A DNA stretch of 44,951 nt from Dehalococcoidia bacterium. GTDB lineage: Bacteria > Chloroflexota > Dehalococcoidia > JACQUA01. Where the stretch lies: assembly GCA_030689845.1 (NCBI GenBank), contig JAUYHV010000317.1, positions 1 through 44,951 on the forward strand, given 5' to 3'. The notes beneath the pieces were generated by a model. That model was not told where the DNA came from. It saw nothing but the letters and a program-made list of their open reading frames with translations, and did not search any database. Position 1 is the stretch's first letter. Every line of letters starts with the position of its first letter. Shown here piece after piece: positions 35,181 to 44,951 of this stretch. The translations under genes and the position numbers were made by a program.

Positions 35181-35684
35181 TTACTGAATAAAAAAGAACA
35201 AATTGAGGAATGTATTTATATTATCTGGTAAAAAGGGGAAGAGAGACGCGAGTTTTTCTACGAGAAAAGAAGCTACTCCTGAGCTAAGAATAAACTTCCT
35301 GAGCGCAGGGAAAGGGATGGTAAGAAGAAGAACTATTACAATTGTGTTTGTGAGGATGCCGAGGGCAAGTCCCAGGACGGCTCCACCGAGGTGGTCGATG
35401 AGCTTCAGGCCAAACAGGGATATTATTTTCCTCAACAATCCACCTGCTATCCAGGCAACAAGCAATACAGCAAACAATATGATGATGAATCCGGCAGCTT
35501 TCATGCCCGTTTCATTGGGAATAAAAGTTAACATTTGCCCGACCCCAAAATAGTACATGCTTGCCAGTTTAACACCGAGAGCCAGTCCCAGGAGGCTGAA
35601 AAAGGAGCGCACAAGACCTTTTGTAAACCCGAGGAAACCAGATACGAAAATAATGGCCAGTATAACAATATCAAGCCAGTTCAT
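35181..35684 (-). CDS. cvpA: CvpA-family integral membrane protein
   Basis: Typical N-terminus MNWLDIVILAIIFVSGFLGFTKGLVRS and four hydrophobic helices. 167 aa. Confidence 0.8.
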   Translation of the reverse strand: MNWLDIVILAIIFVSGFLGFTKGLVRSFFSLLGLALGVKLASMYYFGVGQMLTFIPNETGMKAAGFIIILFAVLLVAWIAGGLLRKIISLFGLKLIDHLGGAVLGLALGILTNTIVIVLLLTIPFPALRKFILSSGVASFLVEKLASLFPFLPDNINTFLNLFFFIQ

Positions 35685-35931
35685 AATTAATCCTTAACTA
35701 TCTTTAATACCGCGTCTGTCTGTATTTCTTTTTTTAGTCTATCATAATCCATCAAAATATTATAGCGTTATTTTATCACGGGGCTTAACGGTAGGATCGA
35801 ATCATATAACGACAGACTCAGTTAAGTTAGTCCCTGGAATGCCGGGAATCATTTCAACATTCAACATATCTATGTCTGCGTTACCGTGTGTTAAACTGAA
35901 AACGACAGGAAATATGTTATAATTTTCTTCC

Positions 35932-36981
35932 ATGAAAGAGAAACCAGATAAGCCGGAAAGGGTAGTTTCAGGAATTATTGCCGAGGAGGATTCTACCCTG
36001 GACAACAGCCTGCGTCCCAGACGGCTGGAGCAATACATAGGTCAGGAAAAGGTTAAAACCAACCTGAAAATCGCTATCCAGGCGGCACAAAAAAGGGGGG
36101 AGGCGCTCGACCACATAATATTGTACGGTCCTGCCGGTCTGGGGAAGACAACACTGGCTTTAATAATTGCAGCGGAAATGGGAGTTAATATAAAAAATAC
36201 TTCCGGTCCGGCGATCGAACGCCCGGGTGATATAGCTGCTGTCCTCACCAATTTGAAAAAAGATGACGTATTGTTTATTGATGAGATTCACCGTCTGAGC
36301 CGGACGGTGGAAGAGGTGCTTTATCCGGCCATGGAAGATTTTGCCATAGACATAATGATAGGGAAAGGTCCTGGCGCGCGGAGCCTGCGGCTCAACTTAC
36401 CGCCTTTTACCCTGATAGGCGCTACTACAAGGTTCGCTATGGTAAGCTCTCCCATGCGGGACCGGTTCGGAGTAATTTACCGCCTTGATTTTTATAACGA
36501 AAAGGACGTTGCGGATATTATTATCAGGTCTGCCGGTATTCTGGGCATCCCGACAGAACAGGCTGGGGTTAAAGAAATAGCCCGCAGGGCCAGGGGTACG
36601 CCACGTGTGGCAAACAGGCTGCTTAAAAGGGTCCGGGACTATGCCCAGATTAAGGCTAAAGGGGTGATAACCGAAAAGGTCGCCAAAGAGGCTCTCACAA
36701 GCCTGGAAGTGGACGAAATTGGATTGGATGAAATAGACCATAAGGTGCTCAGGACTGTTATTCAGAAATTCGATGGTGGCCCCGTGGGACTCGAGACCAT
36801 CGCTGCCTCGATAAGTGAAGAGGCTGATACTATAATGGATGTTTGTGAGCCTTATCTGCTGCAACTTGGGTTTTTGGACAGGACGCCGCGGGGCAGGGTT
36901 GCTACCCGGCTGGCTTTTCAGCACCTGGGCCTGCCTTATCCAAAAGACCAGACCCCGCAGGCCAAATTATGGACTGAGTGA
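35932..36981 (+). CDS. ruvB: Holliday junction branch migration helicase RuvB
   Basis: Motifs [12 protein letters not shown], Walker [22 protein letters not shown] and [16 protein letters not shown]. Confidence 0.96.
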   Translation: MKEKPDKPERVVSGIIAEEDSTLDNSLRPRRLEQYIGQEKVKTNLKIAIQAAQKRGEALDHIILYGPAGLGKTTLALIIAAEMGVNIKNTSGPAIERPGDIAAVLTNLKKDDVLFIDEIHRLSRTVEEVLYPAMEDFAIDIMIGKGPGARSLRLNLPPFTLIGATTRFAMVSSPMRDRFGVIYRLDFYNEKDVADIIIRSAGILGIPTEQAGVKEIARRARGTPRVANRLLKRVRDYAQIKAKGVITEKVAKEALTSLEVDEIGLDEIDHKVLRTVIQKFDGGPVGLETIAASISEEADTIMDVCEPYLLQLGFLDRTPRGRVATRLAFQHLGLPYPKDQTPQAKLWTE

Positions 36982-37541
36982 ACGTGGCATCTCTATTAAT
37001 TCACGTTTGTTGCGCTCCCTGCACAACTTATACACTGGGGCACTGGCGAAAGGAAGCCCGGGAGGTTTACGGGTACTGGTACAACCCCAACATCTATCCT
37101 TTATCAGAGCACCAGTTGCGCTTGAAGGCCCTGGAGGATTTTGCCAGAGACTGCGATTTTTCTCTTATTGTTTCGCCTGATTATGAAAGGGAGAAATATT
37201 TTTCCGCCGTGGCGGGGCACTTAGAGAAAGAGAGCCGGTGCGGTTTTTGTTACCGTCTCAGGTTATTTGAAACTGCATTGACGGCAAAAGTCGAGGGTTT
37301 CGATGCTTTTACCACTACACTGTCAATAAGCCCTTATCAGGACCATGAGGTGCTAAAGCAGGTCGGGAGTGAAGTTCAACTGGCGGTAGGAATCCCTTTT
37401 TTATATGAAGATTTAAGACACGGTTATCTGGAAAGCCGTATGATGGCCCGGGACCTTGATTTATACCGCCAAAATTATTGCGGGTGCCTTTACAGCTTCG
37501 CTGACCGTTTTTATCACAGAATGAGGTTTACTCAGGTTTAG
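36978..37541 (+). CDS. queH: Epoxyqueuosine reductase QueH (DUF208)
   Basis: Motifs [17 protein letters not shown] and NYCGCLYS. The GTG start forms a GTGA overlap with the ruvB stop. Confidence 0.85.
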   Translation: MNVASLLIHVCCAPCTTYTLGHWRKEAREVYGYWYNPNIYPLSEHQLRLKALEDFARDCDFSLIVSPDYEREKYFSAVAGHLEKESRCGFCYRLRLFETALTAKVEGFDAFTTTLSISPYQDHEVLKQVGSEVQLAVGIPFLYEDLRHGYLESRMMARDLDLYRQNYCGCLYSFADRFYHRMRFTQV

Positions 37542-37710
37542 ACGGAGCTCTACAAGTTACAGGATAATGAGTTGAGGGACGGGTGCGGCATGGGGGCTTG
37601 TTATTACTTCGGAACAAGACTTCCCCCGAGCCAAAAAAACTTTGAAATAGGGAAACCGGGGAAGTACAGGGGTTATCCCAAACGATATGAGATTCCCGTC
37701 TGATTAATCA

Positions 37711-39084
37711 TCAGAGTGAAGGTTTTTTACCTGCAAGGAAAAAAACCAGGACGATGATAATGCCTATTGCCAGGGCAGCGATTCCTATTATTAACGGCCA
37801 GTTTCTAGGCTGAGACGCCGGGGGTTCAGGAGTAGGGGAAGGTACAGGGGCGGGTGCTGCAGTGGGTGTCGCAACAGGGCGCGGTGCAGATGTGACCACC
37901 GGCTCTGGTGTTACTGGAGCGGTGGGGGCGGCTGTCGGAGGACTCGTTGGAGCCGATGTCGGAGCAGCAGAAGGCATTGGAACTGGTGTTGGAGTTGGTG
38001 TTGGAGTTGGAGTTGCTGTAATCATGGGGATTGGGGTTAGCCAGGGTAAGGGTGTCGTTGGAGGCGGTGGTGGAGCCGAAGTGCTTCTTACCGCGATATT
38101 ACCGGTGATTAAGACTGCAGGTATATCATCTCCGTTGGACGCAGAAAGGGTGGTAGCCTTTATTTCCAGGGGCCATCTCCCCGGAGACATACCTCTGACT
38201 GTAACGTAGGCAACGATAACATCTCCTTTTGGTCCGGGCACCTGTATCGTATAATCGTTAAAATAAACCCATCCGGCAGAATTGTTTACATTCGCTACTT
38301 CGAGGGCACCGAAGGCCTCGTTAGCTCCTTCTATCTTGTCAACGCGGACACCCTCAGGTTTAAAACTAAGATTAAAATCGTAAGCGCCGAAACCGCTGGG
38401 AGCGCTTATGTTTTTAACAGTGATGGGTATCCTGGCTGTAGTCCCAACACTCAGTGTAGCTGACCCAACTTCCAAGGAGGTTCCGGCAGTAGGGACAGAT
38501 GCGGTGGCGGTAGCGGTGGGTTGGGGGGGAGCCTGGGTGCTGGTGGGTGAGGGTATAGCAGGCACGGTGCCAACAGGAGCGCCGGAAACCGTCAGTGTCC
38601 CCGGGGCGGCAACTGCGGCAACGTTGCTCCCATTAACATCTGCAAGGGTTGTAATATTTACGTTGATAGGCCAGTTTCCAACGCTAATAGCCGTCAGATT
38701 AATCCTGGCAACGATGATACTCCCTATCGGCCCCGGCACCTGAGTGTGAATTGCGTTAATATATATTGTCCCTATAGCTTCTTTAACACTCACCGCTGCA
38801 AAAGAGCTAAAAGGCGGGTCTCCAGGGTTTACATTATTGACTTGAAATGCTGAAATGTCGTAGGTAATCTGAAAATCGTAGGCACACAGACCGGTTTCCG
38901 CAGTAATATTTTTAACGGTGACAGGTATTTGTATTTGCTGACCCGGCGCGGCTGTAGCCGAGCTCACCTCTACGATTGTCTCCTGGGCGAAGGCGGATAT
39001 ATTAAAGCTCGCCCCAAGGTTGACGAGTAGAAAGGATACAACCAGGGTATAAAATATTCTCTTTTTTATCGCCAGGAGCCGCAT
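37711..39084 (-). CDS. Cell-surface protein with two cohesin-like modules, Pro/Thr linkers and a C-terminal transmembrane anchor
   Basis: Signal peptide present. There are two ~140-aa repeats, each with a G(L/F)(C/G)AYDF(Q/N) signature (GLCAYDFQITYD and GFGAYDFNLSFKP). TPTPTPTPTPVP-type linkers precede a final helix WPLIIGIAALAIGIIIVLVFFL. AAGGAG precedes the ATG at 39084; the ORF-track start is 39105. Confidence 0.7.
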   Translation of the reverse strand: MRLLAIKKRIFYTLVVSFLLVNLGASFNISAFAQETIVEVSSATAAPGQQIQIPVTVKNITAETGLCAYDFQITYDISAFQVNNVNPGDPPFSSFAAVSVKEAIGTIYINAIHTQVPGPIGSIIVARINLTAISVGNWPINVNITTLADVNGSNVAAVAAPGTLTVSGAPVGTVPAIPSPTSTQAPPQPTATATASVPTAGTSLEVGSATLSVGTTARIPITVKNISAPSGFGAYDFNLSFKPEGVRVDKIEGANEAFGALEVANVNNSAGWVYFNDYTIQVPGPKGDVIVAYVTVRGMSPGRWPLEIKATTLSASNGDDIPAVLITGNIAVRSTSAPPPPPTTPLPWLTPIPMITATPTPTPTPTPVPMPSAAPTSAPTSPPTAAPTAPVTPEPVVTSAPRPVATPTAAPAPVPSPTPEPPASQPRNWPLIIGIAALAIGIIIVLVFFLAGKKPSL

Positions 39085-39280
39085 TATTATCTCCTTTACG
39101 GACATTTCTTTGTTGCCTGTTCAATAGATTGTAACAAAGAAGCGTCCAATGTCAAGTGTGGAGTTCATGAATTAAATGGAACATTGTTTGGTTTTTTAGG
39201 TCCCAAAGTGACCGGATAATAAATATACCGGTAATTGTAAATTACAGAAATATTCAAAAGCACACTTATTGTGAAAATAT

Positions 39281-40909
39281 TTAATATGGTCGCCCTTTTT
39301 CCTCCCAGGGTTTTTTGAGGCCGAAATCTTCTGCCATAACTTTGTAGCAATTGTAAGCCTGGTATGAGTGTGCTCCCGGCGACGGGTGCCACGCTGAACC
39401 GGTGCCGTAAAGATTTGTTACGGGAGTGCGGTGGGAAGACAGTTCGGTAATGGGTCTCCGCCTGCCCTGCTGTGTCGGAATGCAGTCAATAACCGCCCAG
39501 TTTCCGGAAGGAGCCATGTTGGCCAGGTGGCAAATATCTGGTGGAGTTTCAGGGTAATACCCTATAATGTTATCCCAGTTCATGTTGGTAGCGTATTTCT
39601 GCCATTCCTGAACGACATCCTCTGCGTGCTGTTTCTTAAAAACCATCCATTCTTTTTCGGAAAGGGCGGTCGCCGGAGGCACGAATTGTTCGGTACCTGC
39701 GGAATGTTTTCCCGGGGGAGCCTGGGTGGGGTCAACAATAGAATAGCACCAGGCGACAAGATTCATTTCAGGCGAGATTTTCCCCAGTCGCCGCCAGTGC
39801 GCTTCGCGAACCAGGCTCTCGGGGTCTTTATTACCCAGGGCCAGAAGCTGGGTATTGTTTACGTCGGGATTAAAGGCTGCTGCTTTATATTCAGGGGCAT
39901 CGTGCAGCGCCCAGCCGTACCAGGCAAGACAGGTATAACGAGTCTCAAGATTTTCCACTTTTTTAAGAATTTTTTGAGACAGGTACTCGGGACCTATTAT
40001 TTGAAAACAGAGCTGGTAGGGGCTCAACGTGCTTACTACTGCCTTGTTCGCTTTTATTAACGATCCATTAACGAGCTGGACGCCTGTAGCTTTACCGTTT
40101 TCAATCGTGGCTTTTTTTACCTCCGCCATGGTGAAGAGCTTGCCTCCGTTTTGTAAAAAGATGCGGGCAGCGGCATGGGTGACGCTGTGAGAGCCGCCGA
40201 TAGTAAAATCGCTTTCTGCCAGGGTTAACGGATAGATAAATTGATTTAGACCGCTGCCAAAAATGTCCGGCGGGATACCGTCTGCTGACTGGCGCCCCCG
40301 CAGGTGAGCGCAGGTGACTTCAGGACTCTCGTAAAGCTCTCTGCCTACCTGGAGGCAATTCATTGAAGACCATTGGGGGTCAATAGGGCAGTCCGGGTCG
40401 GCGAAAAGTTTATCGAAGCCATCTCTAACCCCGATACGGGGAGGATTGAACATCCTTTCCATGAGAGCCGGCCTCAGCTTCTTCTTGTAATAGTCGTGCA
40501 GTTTTAACCATGTTTCGGCATCTTTCTGGGAAAACCGGGCGATCTCTTTTGCTGTTCGCTCCTGGTTAGGATCAACTTGTTCCTGGTAAAAAACGAGGCA
40601 AGACTGGTCTTCCCTGAATATCATTCCTGTCCCTGCTTCACAAATGGCGTATTTAGCCCCTTTTTCTTCGAAATCCGGAAAGTCCTGGTATAGCGGCTCA
40701 TAATACATCTTACTGGTGTGCTGCGTGGAATGGGTATTGTGGATAAAACCCGGCGCCGCGGCTTCCTCCGAAGAGAGCCCTCCCCCCAGTTCATAACGGC
40801 TCTCAAATATACCCACAGTCATGCCGCCGTATTTTGTTAAATACATACCAAGCATTAAGGCCTTGGTTCCTCCGCCGATTATTACTACGTCAAAACTGGC
40901 ATCTGGCAT
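39281..40909 (-). CDS. Phytoene-desaturase-family (CrtI/COG1233-like) FAD-dependent oxidoreductase, paralog A
   Basis: N-terminal dinucleotide fold FDVVIIGGGTKALMLG...FESRYELGGG. 542 aa, GGAGG Shine-Dalgarno sequence. Alignable along its length with 42926-44557. Confidence 0.8.
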   Translation of the reverse strand: MPDASFDVVIIGGGTKALMLGMYLTKYGGMTVGIFESRYELGGGLSSEEAAAPGFIHNTHSTQHTSKMYYEPLYQDFPDFEEKGAKYAICEAGTGMIFREDQSCLVFYQEQVDPNQERTAKEIARFSQKDAETWLKLHDYYKKKLRPALMERMFNPPRIGVRDGFDKLFADPDCPIDPQWSSMNCLQVGRELYESPEVTCAHLRGRQSADGIPPDIFGSGLNQFIYPLTLAESDFTIGGSHSVTHAAARIFLQNGGKLFTMAEVKKATIENGKATGVQLVNGSLIKANKAVVSTLSPYQLCFQIIGPEYLSQKILKKVENLETRYTCLAWYGWALHDAPEYKAAAFNPDVNNTQLLALGNKDPESLVREAHWRRLGKISPEMNLVAWCYSIVDPTQAPPGKHSAGTEQFVPPATALSEKEWMVFKKQHAEDVVQEWQKYATNMNWDNIIGYYPETPPDICHLANMAPSGNWAVIDCIPTQQGRRRPITELSSHRTPVTNLYGTGSAWHPSPGAHSYQAYNCYKVMAEDFGLKKPWEEKGRPY

Positions 40910-40973
40910 TGGACGCCTCCATTCGTATAAAATAATTCAAACAAAACTGTTGCACTTTTATCAAAGGTGATTT

Positions 40974-42842
40974 CTACCCGGCTAATTTTGTTTTGGCTGA
41001 AGTTAAATCCGTTGCTATATCACTCAATCCAAGTTCAATCAATTTGTTGTCCGTCGGGAAGCCATCTTTATCCCATCCCCTTGCCTGGTAGTACTCATCC
41101 AGCATTATATCGGGTGTTTTTATTATTTGCCCTTCGGCAGGTCCTGCATTTATCAACGGTTCGCTGGTAAACCTCCGGGGAAAAGCGTCTTCGGCCCTGC
41201 CTACACCTTCTCTTAAGTTGAAAGCCCTTTCCATGTTATATATTCTTTGCCCAACCTTAACCATATATTCGGGGTCGTTTAACTCCGGGATAGCTCGGGC
41301 AGAGGCAATCATCCTGGAGAAATCTGGCATCCTTGTCATGCCAAGTTGCGGGGTAAAAAGACAAATAATACCCGTTTCAAAAGTCGCAGCAGTATCTTGA
41401 TTATATATCACCACATCGGCATAGCCGTTATCTGCGTATCTATCAACTGGCCTGGGATACTTGCTGCCGAACAGTTCCTGCACAGAGTAACCTATGTTGT
41501 GGCTTGCTCCAATGGTCGAAGTGGCATAGGACAGCCCCTGCCATTTGACGCCCCTCGGATCGTACGCTGGTATTTCCAGACCCTTAATGTGCATAGCATA
41601 ATAGCTGGCATTTTTCCCTATTCGCTGGGCAGCTAATTTGACTCCCTCCGCAAGAAGGTTGCCCAGGCCCTGCCTGTAAGCTGTTTTTTTAATAAGGTCT
41701 GCAATTATATCGTGCCGGCCCCAGGTAAGTTCGATACCATCCGTATCCCTGGATGTCAGAATTTCCCGTTCGTAAAGCTCGTAAGCAAACCCAATGGTGC
41801 TTCCCATGGTCATTGTATCCATCCCGAGTTCGTCGCAAAGCTGGTTTGCCATGATGGTAGCGCCGATCTCGGTGCTCAACATGTTTCCCGTAAATGCCCA
41901 GATGGTCTCGTAGTCCGGCCCCTCTGCTTGTGCCCCGGCGTATGGTCCGGAGGACACAACGTATTTGTTGCCGCAGTGAATTGGGCAGGCGTAGCAACTT
42001 ACATCTTTTACTTTTAATTTGGCGTATTCATCGCCGCAAAATTTTTCCCACCCTTCGAGAGTGCCAAAACGGAAATTTTTTGTGGGAAAAATTCCGTTGC
42101 GGTTAGTATTGTCCTGATTGTAAGTAGTGCCGTGGTCCGAGAAGCCCGGATAAGCCCTGCTGCCGGTTATAGCCGCTACCTGTTCTTTAACAAGGGCTTT
42201 GAACTCTTCAGGATCCGGTAACTCGACATTTCTCGTTGCGTCCAGGGTAATAGCCTTGAGGTTTTTAAAGCCCATTACAGCTCCGAGCCCACCTCTTCCG
42301 GCGCAGTGCGTGCCGCTGAAAATACCGGCGTAGCGGACCAGGTTCTCCCCGGCAGGACCTATGCAAATCGTTCGAACATTTTTCCCATGAATATCCGAAA
42401 GGAATGTTTGGGTTTCGGAAGTAGTCTTTCCCCAGAGTTGTTTTGCTTCCAGTATTTTTGGTGTCCCGTCTTTTAACATCAGATAAACAGGGGAGTTAGC
42501 TTTACCTTCAACAATAATTAATTCAAAACCGCTCCATCGGAGCCATGCTCCGAAATCGGCACCGCCCACGGACCGGAAATATGTGTTCGTAAGAGGACTT
42601 TTACTTGTTGCCATCCAGCGGGAGGTACACTGGGCACCTGTGCCGGACAGCGGGCCTATCGATATGATGAGTTTATTGTCCGCGCTTAAAGGTTCTGTAC
42701 CGGGTATAAGTTCATCGTAAAGGTATTTGACAGCCAAACCCCGCCCACCGACATAGTCTCTCAGGAACTTATCAGGCAGGGCTTCTTCACGGAAACTTCC
42801 GCTGGTTAGATTTATTCTTAGGATTTTTGGTATATAAGCCAT
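40974..42842 (-). CDS. aor: Tungsten/molybdopterin aldehyde:ferredoxin oxidoreductase (AOR family)
   Basis: N-terminal pattern ILRINLTSGSFREE...YVGGRGLAVKYLYDE, plus a Cys-containing 4Fe-4S and pterin-binding core (CYACPIHC). 622 aa. Confidence 0.9.
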   Translation of the reverse strand: MAYIPKILRINLTSGSFREEALPDKFLRDYVGGRGLAVKYLYDELIPGTEPLSADNKLIISIGPLSGTGAQCTSRWMATSKSPLTNTYFRSVGGADFGAWLRWSGFELIIVEGKANSPVYLMLKDGTPKILEAKQLWGKTTSETQTFLSDIHGKNVRTICIGPAGENLVRYAGIFSGTHCAGRGGLGAVMGFKNLKAITLDATRNVELPDPEEFKALVKEQVAAITGSRAYPGFSDHGTTYNQDNTNRNGIFPTKNFRFGTLEGWEKFCGDEYAKLKVKDVSCYACPIHCGNKYVVSSGPYAGAQAEGPDYETIWAFTGNMLSTEIGATIMANQLCDELGMDTMTMGSTIGFAYELYEREILTSRDTDGIELTWGRHDIIADLIKKTAYRQGLGNLLAEGVKLAAQRIGKNASYYAMHIKGLEIPAYDPRGVKWQGLSYATSTIGASHNIGYSVQELFGSKYPRPVDRYADNGYADVVIYNQDTAATFETGIICLFTPQLGMTRMPDFSRMIASARAIPELNDPEYMVKVGQRIYNMERAFNLREGVGRAEDAFPRRFTSEPLINAGPAEGQIIKTPDIMLDEYYQARGWDKDGFPTDNKLIELGLSDIATDLTSAKTKLAG

Positions 42843-42925
42843 GAGTTCTCACTTTTTAAAAATAATATTACATCCCTTTGCTTGTTTGTTATAGAAAAAC
42901 CCGTCAGGCGATGAGAAACTGCACG

Positions 42926-44557
42926 TTATAACAGGCCTGCCTCTTTTGCCTTCGTAACCATTTCCGGTTCCCTCCACCACTTGTTTATACCCTTATCCTC
43001 GGCAACAGCATTGGCCGCCAGATAACCCGCACCCCAGATAACACAACCGCCGGGATAGCTGCTGGAACCGCCCAGGTAAAGGTTTTTTACGGGGGTCCGT
43101 GCGTTAGAACATTCTTCATTAGGCCTTAAATAACCCATTTGCAGTGGGTGATATAACCCCTGTTTAAAAGATCCTTCCACCATATCCGGGAACTTATTTT
43201 GTATGTCCTTGGGAGTGGTCATATATTTCCAGAGTATCTTTTCCGATGTCATGTTGGGCGCGTATTTTGAAAGGGTGTCAAGGCAACTTTGAGCAACCTG
43301 TTCTTTAAATTCCATGTTGTACCATTTTTCGGCCCCGCCGTCTTTCAGGTTGTATGGAGCGAACCTGGAGATAATACCGGTGTGGCGCCCCGGAGGTGCC
43401 TGAGTAGGGTCGTGAACGGACGGGAAACAGCAGTTGAAAGCTGCCCGGGCTGGAAGTTCGCCATTTTCTATTTTGTCATAATCTTCCATGAGGCTCCCGG
43501 GTGTTTCATAACCGAGGATATAGATGAAAGATTTATTTATTTCCGGGTTCGAAGCAGCAGCGGAAAAATCAGGACTCTCTGCCAGGGCTAATTGAATGGT
43601 TAAAAGGCTGTGTGTTTCCCACTGCCACCCTTTTATGCTTTCTACAAAATCTTTATCCAGGTTCTTTTCACCAACCAGTTGCAGGAAAGTCTGGTGTGGG
43701 TCGATAGTGCTGATTATTGCTTGACTGGCTTTAACGATAGTCCCGTCATGGAGTTCAACGCCCGTGGCAACCCCACCTTCGATTATTATGCGAGCAGGTT
43801 TTTCATTATCCAGCAACACTCCGTGGTTCTCGTGGATAACTTTATGCAGGCCCTGGGCTGCGCGGTGGGAACCGCTTTCAACAAGGCGATAGTTGGCAGC
43901 ACGGTCGAGATAAAGAAGAGAAAGATACCCGAGGCCGGATTGATCATAGGGGACTCCCCAGTGTGTAGCCACGTAAAGCATTAAAGCCCGGACATGTTCG
44001 TTTTCAAAGTGTTCTTCGACCAACTCCCTTGGCGTTTTTTCCGAGGCTTCCAGCATGAAACGGCCGCTTTCAGTACCCTGGAGTTTGACTACCTGGTCCA
44101 GGGCCGGAACAGGCGGGGCGTAAGTAGCCGGTGCGATAAAATCGGCAACCGCTTGCTTACACTGCTGAATAAGGTCCCGGTACGACGCGGCATCTTTTTG
44201 GGAAAACTCAGCTATGGACCGGGCAGTTTTTTCCGGGTCGGAATAAAGACATAAACAACGCCCGTCCGATAAGGGCAACGCAAACTGGAGGGGAGGATAA
44301 ATATGACGGCACCCGTATACTTCTTCCAGCTTGAAATCCTGGTATACCGGAGCATAGTCCACCATCATCATGTAAACGGCGTGGGTATTGTGAAGATAAC
44401 CAGCCAGGGTAACTTCCTCTGTTGCAAGTCCACCCCCTGCTTCATGACGGGCTTCCAGGATGAGAACTTTTAAACCTGCTTTACTGAGGTAAGCCCCTGT
44501 TTCCAAACCATTGGGACCGGCGCCTATGATGATTACGTCGTAGTTTGTCTCAATCAA
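42926..44557 (-). CDS. Phytoene-desaturase-family (CrtI/COG1233-like) FAD-dependent oxidoreductase, paralog B
   Basis: YDVIIIGAGPNGLETG...LEARHEAGGG. TTG start with GGAGGGAG Shine-Dalgarno sequence. 543 aa. Confidence 0.8.
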   Translation of the reverse strand: MIETNYDVIIIGAGPNGLETGAYLSKAGLKVLILEARHEAGGGLATEEVTLAGYLHNTHAVYMMMVDYAPVYQDFKLEEVYGCRHIYPPLQFALPLSDGRCLCLYSDPEKTARSIAEFSQKDAASYRDLIQQCKQAVADFIAPATYAPPVPALDQVVKLQGTESGRFMLEASEKTPRELVEEHFENEHVRALMLYVATHWGVPYDQSGLGYLSLLYLDRAANYRLVESGSHRAAQGLHKVIHENHGVLLDNEKPARIIIEGGVATGVELHDGTIVKASQAIISTIDPHQTFLQLVGEKNLDKDFVESIKGWQWETHSLLTIQLALAESPDFSAAASNPEINKSFIYILGYETPGSLMEDYDKIENGELPARAAFNCCFPSVHDPTQAPPGRHTGIISRFAPYNLKDGGAEKWYNMEFKEQVAQSCLDTLSKYAPNMTSEKILWKYMTTPKDIQNKFPDMVEGSFKQGLYHPLQMGYLRPNEECSNARTPVKNLYLGGSSSYPGGCVIWGAGYLAANAVAEDKGINKWWREPEMVTKAKEAGLL

Positions 44558-44861
44558 TTTTGCTCCCTCCTGATAGCGTGCTATGTTAAACGTTGGTTGA
44601 TTGAAGGGTTATTTTAACGGCATTGACCCGGTGTATGGATAATCTTGTTCAATGAGCTAATATAGAGTTTAAAGAAACTTACGTGTTTGTAATAAATTTT
44701 GGCAGAGTTTTTATAGCACGGATAATAAAACGATGTCAAATCTGGTGATTCAAATGCATTGGGGGTAGCCTGTGGCACAAATAACGCTATTTTAACCAGC
44801 CTTAGAGATAGACCGGGTTGCCTATTAAAACTGGAGTAAAAGTGTTCGGCTGTCAGGAATA

Positions 44862-44951
44862 TCAGGACCGGAAATTTATCTCACCAAGCCGTTTTTTTAA
44901 CTGGGGACCTAACTCAGGGTGTTGTAACGCCAGGGTAACGTTGGCTTCCAG
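44862..44951 (-). CDS. 3' end of an unidentified gene that continues beyond the window
   Basis: The open minus-strand frame from the window edge reads LEANVTLALQHPELGPQLKKRLGEINFRS* and stops at 44862-44864. Too short to identify. Confidence 0.3.
   Translation of the reverse strand: MEANVTLALQHPELGPQLKKRLGEINFRS

Noticed and set aside
37590-37640. Hairpin CTTGTT...AACAAG flanked by GGGG/CCCC between queH and the cohesin gene, considered as a terminator
   Set aside because: No T-run follows the stem on either strand in the correct position, so a rho-independent terminator call is not supported.
37862-38209. Gly/Val-rich 115-aa plus-strand ORF and short GTTGGA-type tandem repeats, considered as a possible repeat array or gene
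   Set aside because: It is the antisense shadow of the Pro/Thr/Ala linker of the cohesin protein. The repeats are codon-level low complexity, not a CRISPR array or other spacer-containing array.

Overview
This window is bacterial chromosome with about 40 genes, mostly housekeeping. No database search was run, so all product calls come from motifs read by eye. The gene content suggests a strict anaerobe, possibly a peptidoglycan-less Dehalococcoidia/Chloroflexota-like lineage; this is inference only.

Left to right the window contains:
- The 3' part of a rubredoxin-reductase-like flavoprotein, followed by a 38-aa rubredoxin-like ORF that is absent from the ORF track.
- A pilin-like gene and two orphan genes.
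- A truncated methyltransferase and an HTH fragment forming a scar next to tRNA-Gln(UUG).
- An ahpC plus Fur/PerR-like peroxide module with a near-consensus promoter and operator-like palindromes.
- A 140-bp nested-palindrome MITE-like element.
- A MetE-like gene and a Tat-signal DUF362 gene.
- nrdR-nrdJ (class II ribonucleotide reductase).
- A drastically reduced dcw cluster (mraZ-rsmH-lipoprotein-ftsA-ftsZ with no mur, ftsI, ftsW or ftsQ). Two paralogous zinc-ribbon mini-genes and a small membrane protein precede it.
- A MogA/MoaB-family gene followed by trmD, rplS and priA.
- A ~4.6-kb compositionally foreign cassette (GT4 fusion glycosyltransferase plus GH130-like protein) framed by debris of at least three different transposases.
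- fabF-recJ-thrS.
- An intact 2.6-kb IS66-type element with terminal inverted repeats and an 8-bp target duplication. It carries a DruA-like DUF4338 gene instead of tnpA/tnpB, and it sits inside the rsmD-coaD promoter.
- Two tandem ferredoxin paralogs, cvpA and ruvB-queH.
- A double-cohesin surface protein.
- An operon of an aldehyde:ferredoxin oxidoreductase flanked by two paralogous CrtI/COG1233-like flavoproteins.

No rRNA genes, CRISPR arrays or prophage were seen. The most unusual items are the DUF4338/IS66 element, the CrtI-AOR-CrtI operon, the minimal dcw cluster with its upstream zinc-ribbon genes, and the foreign glycan cassette.
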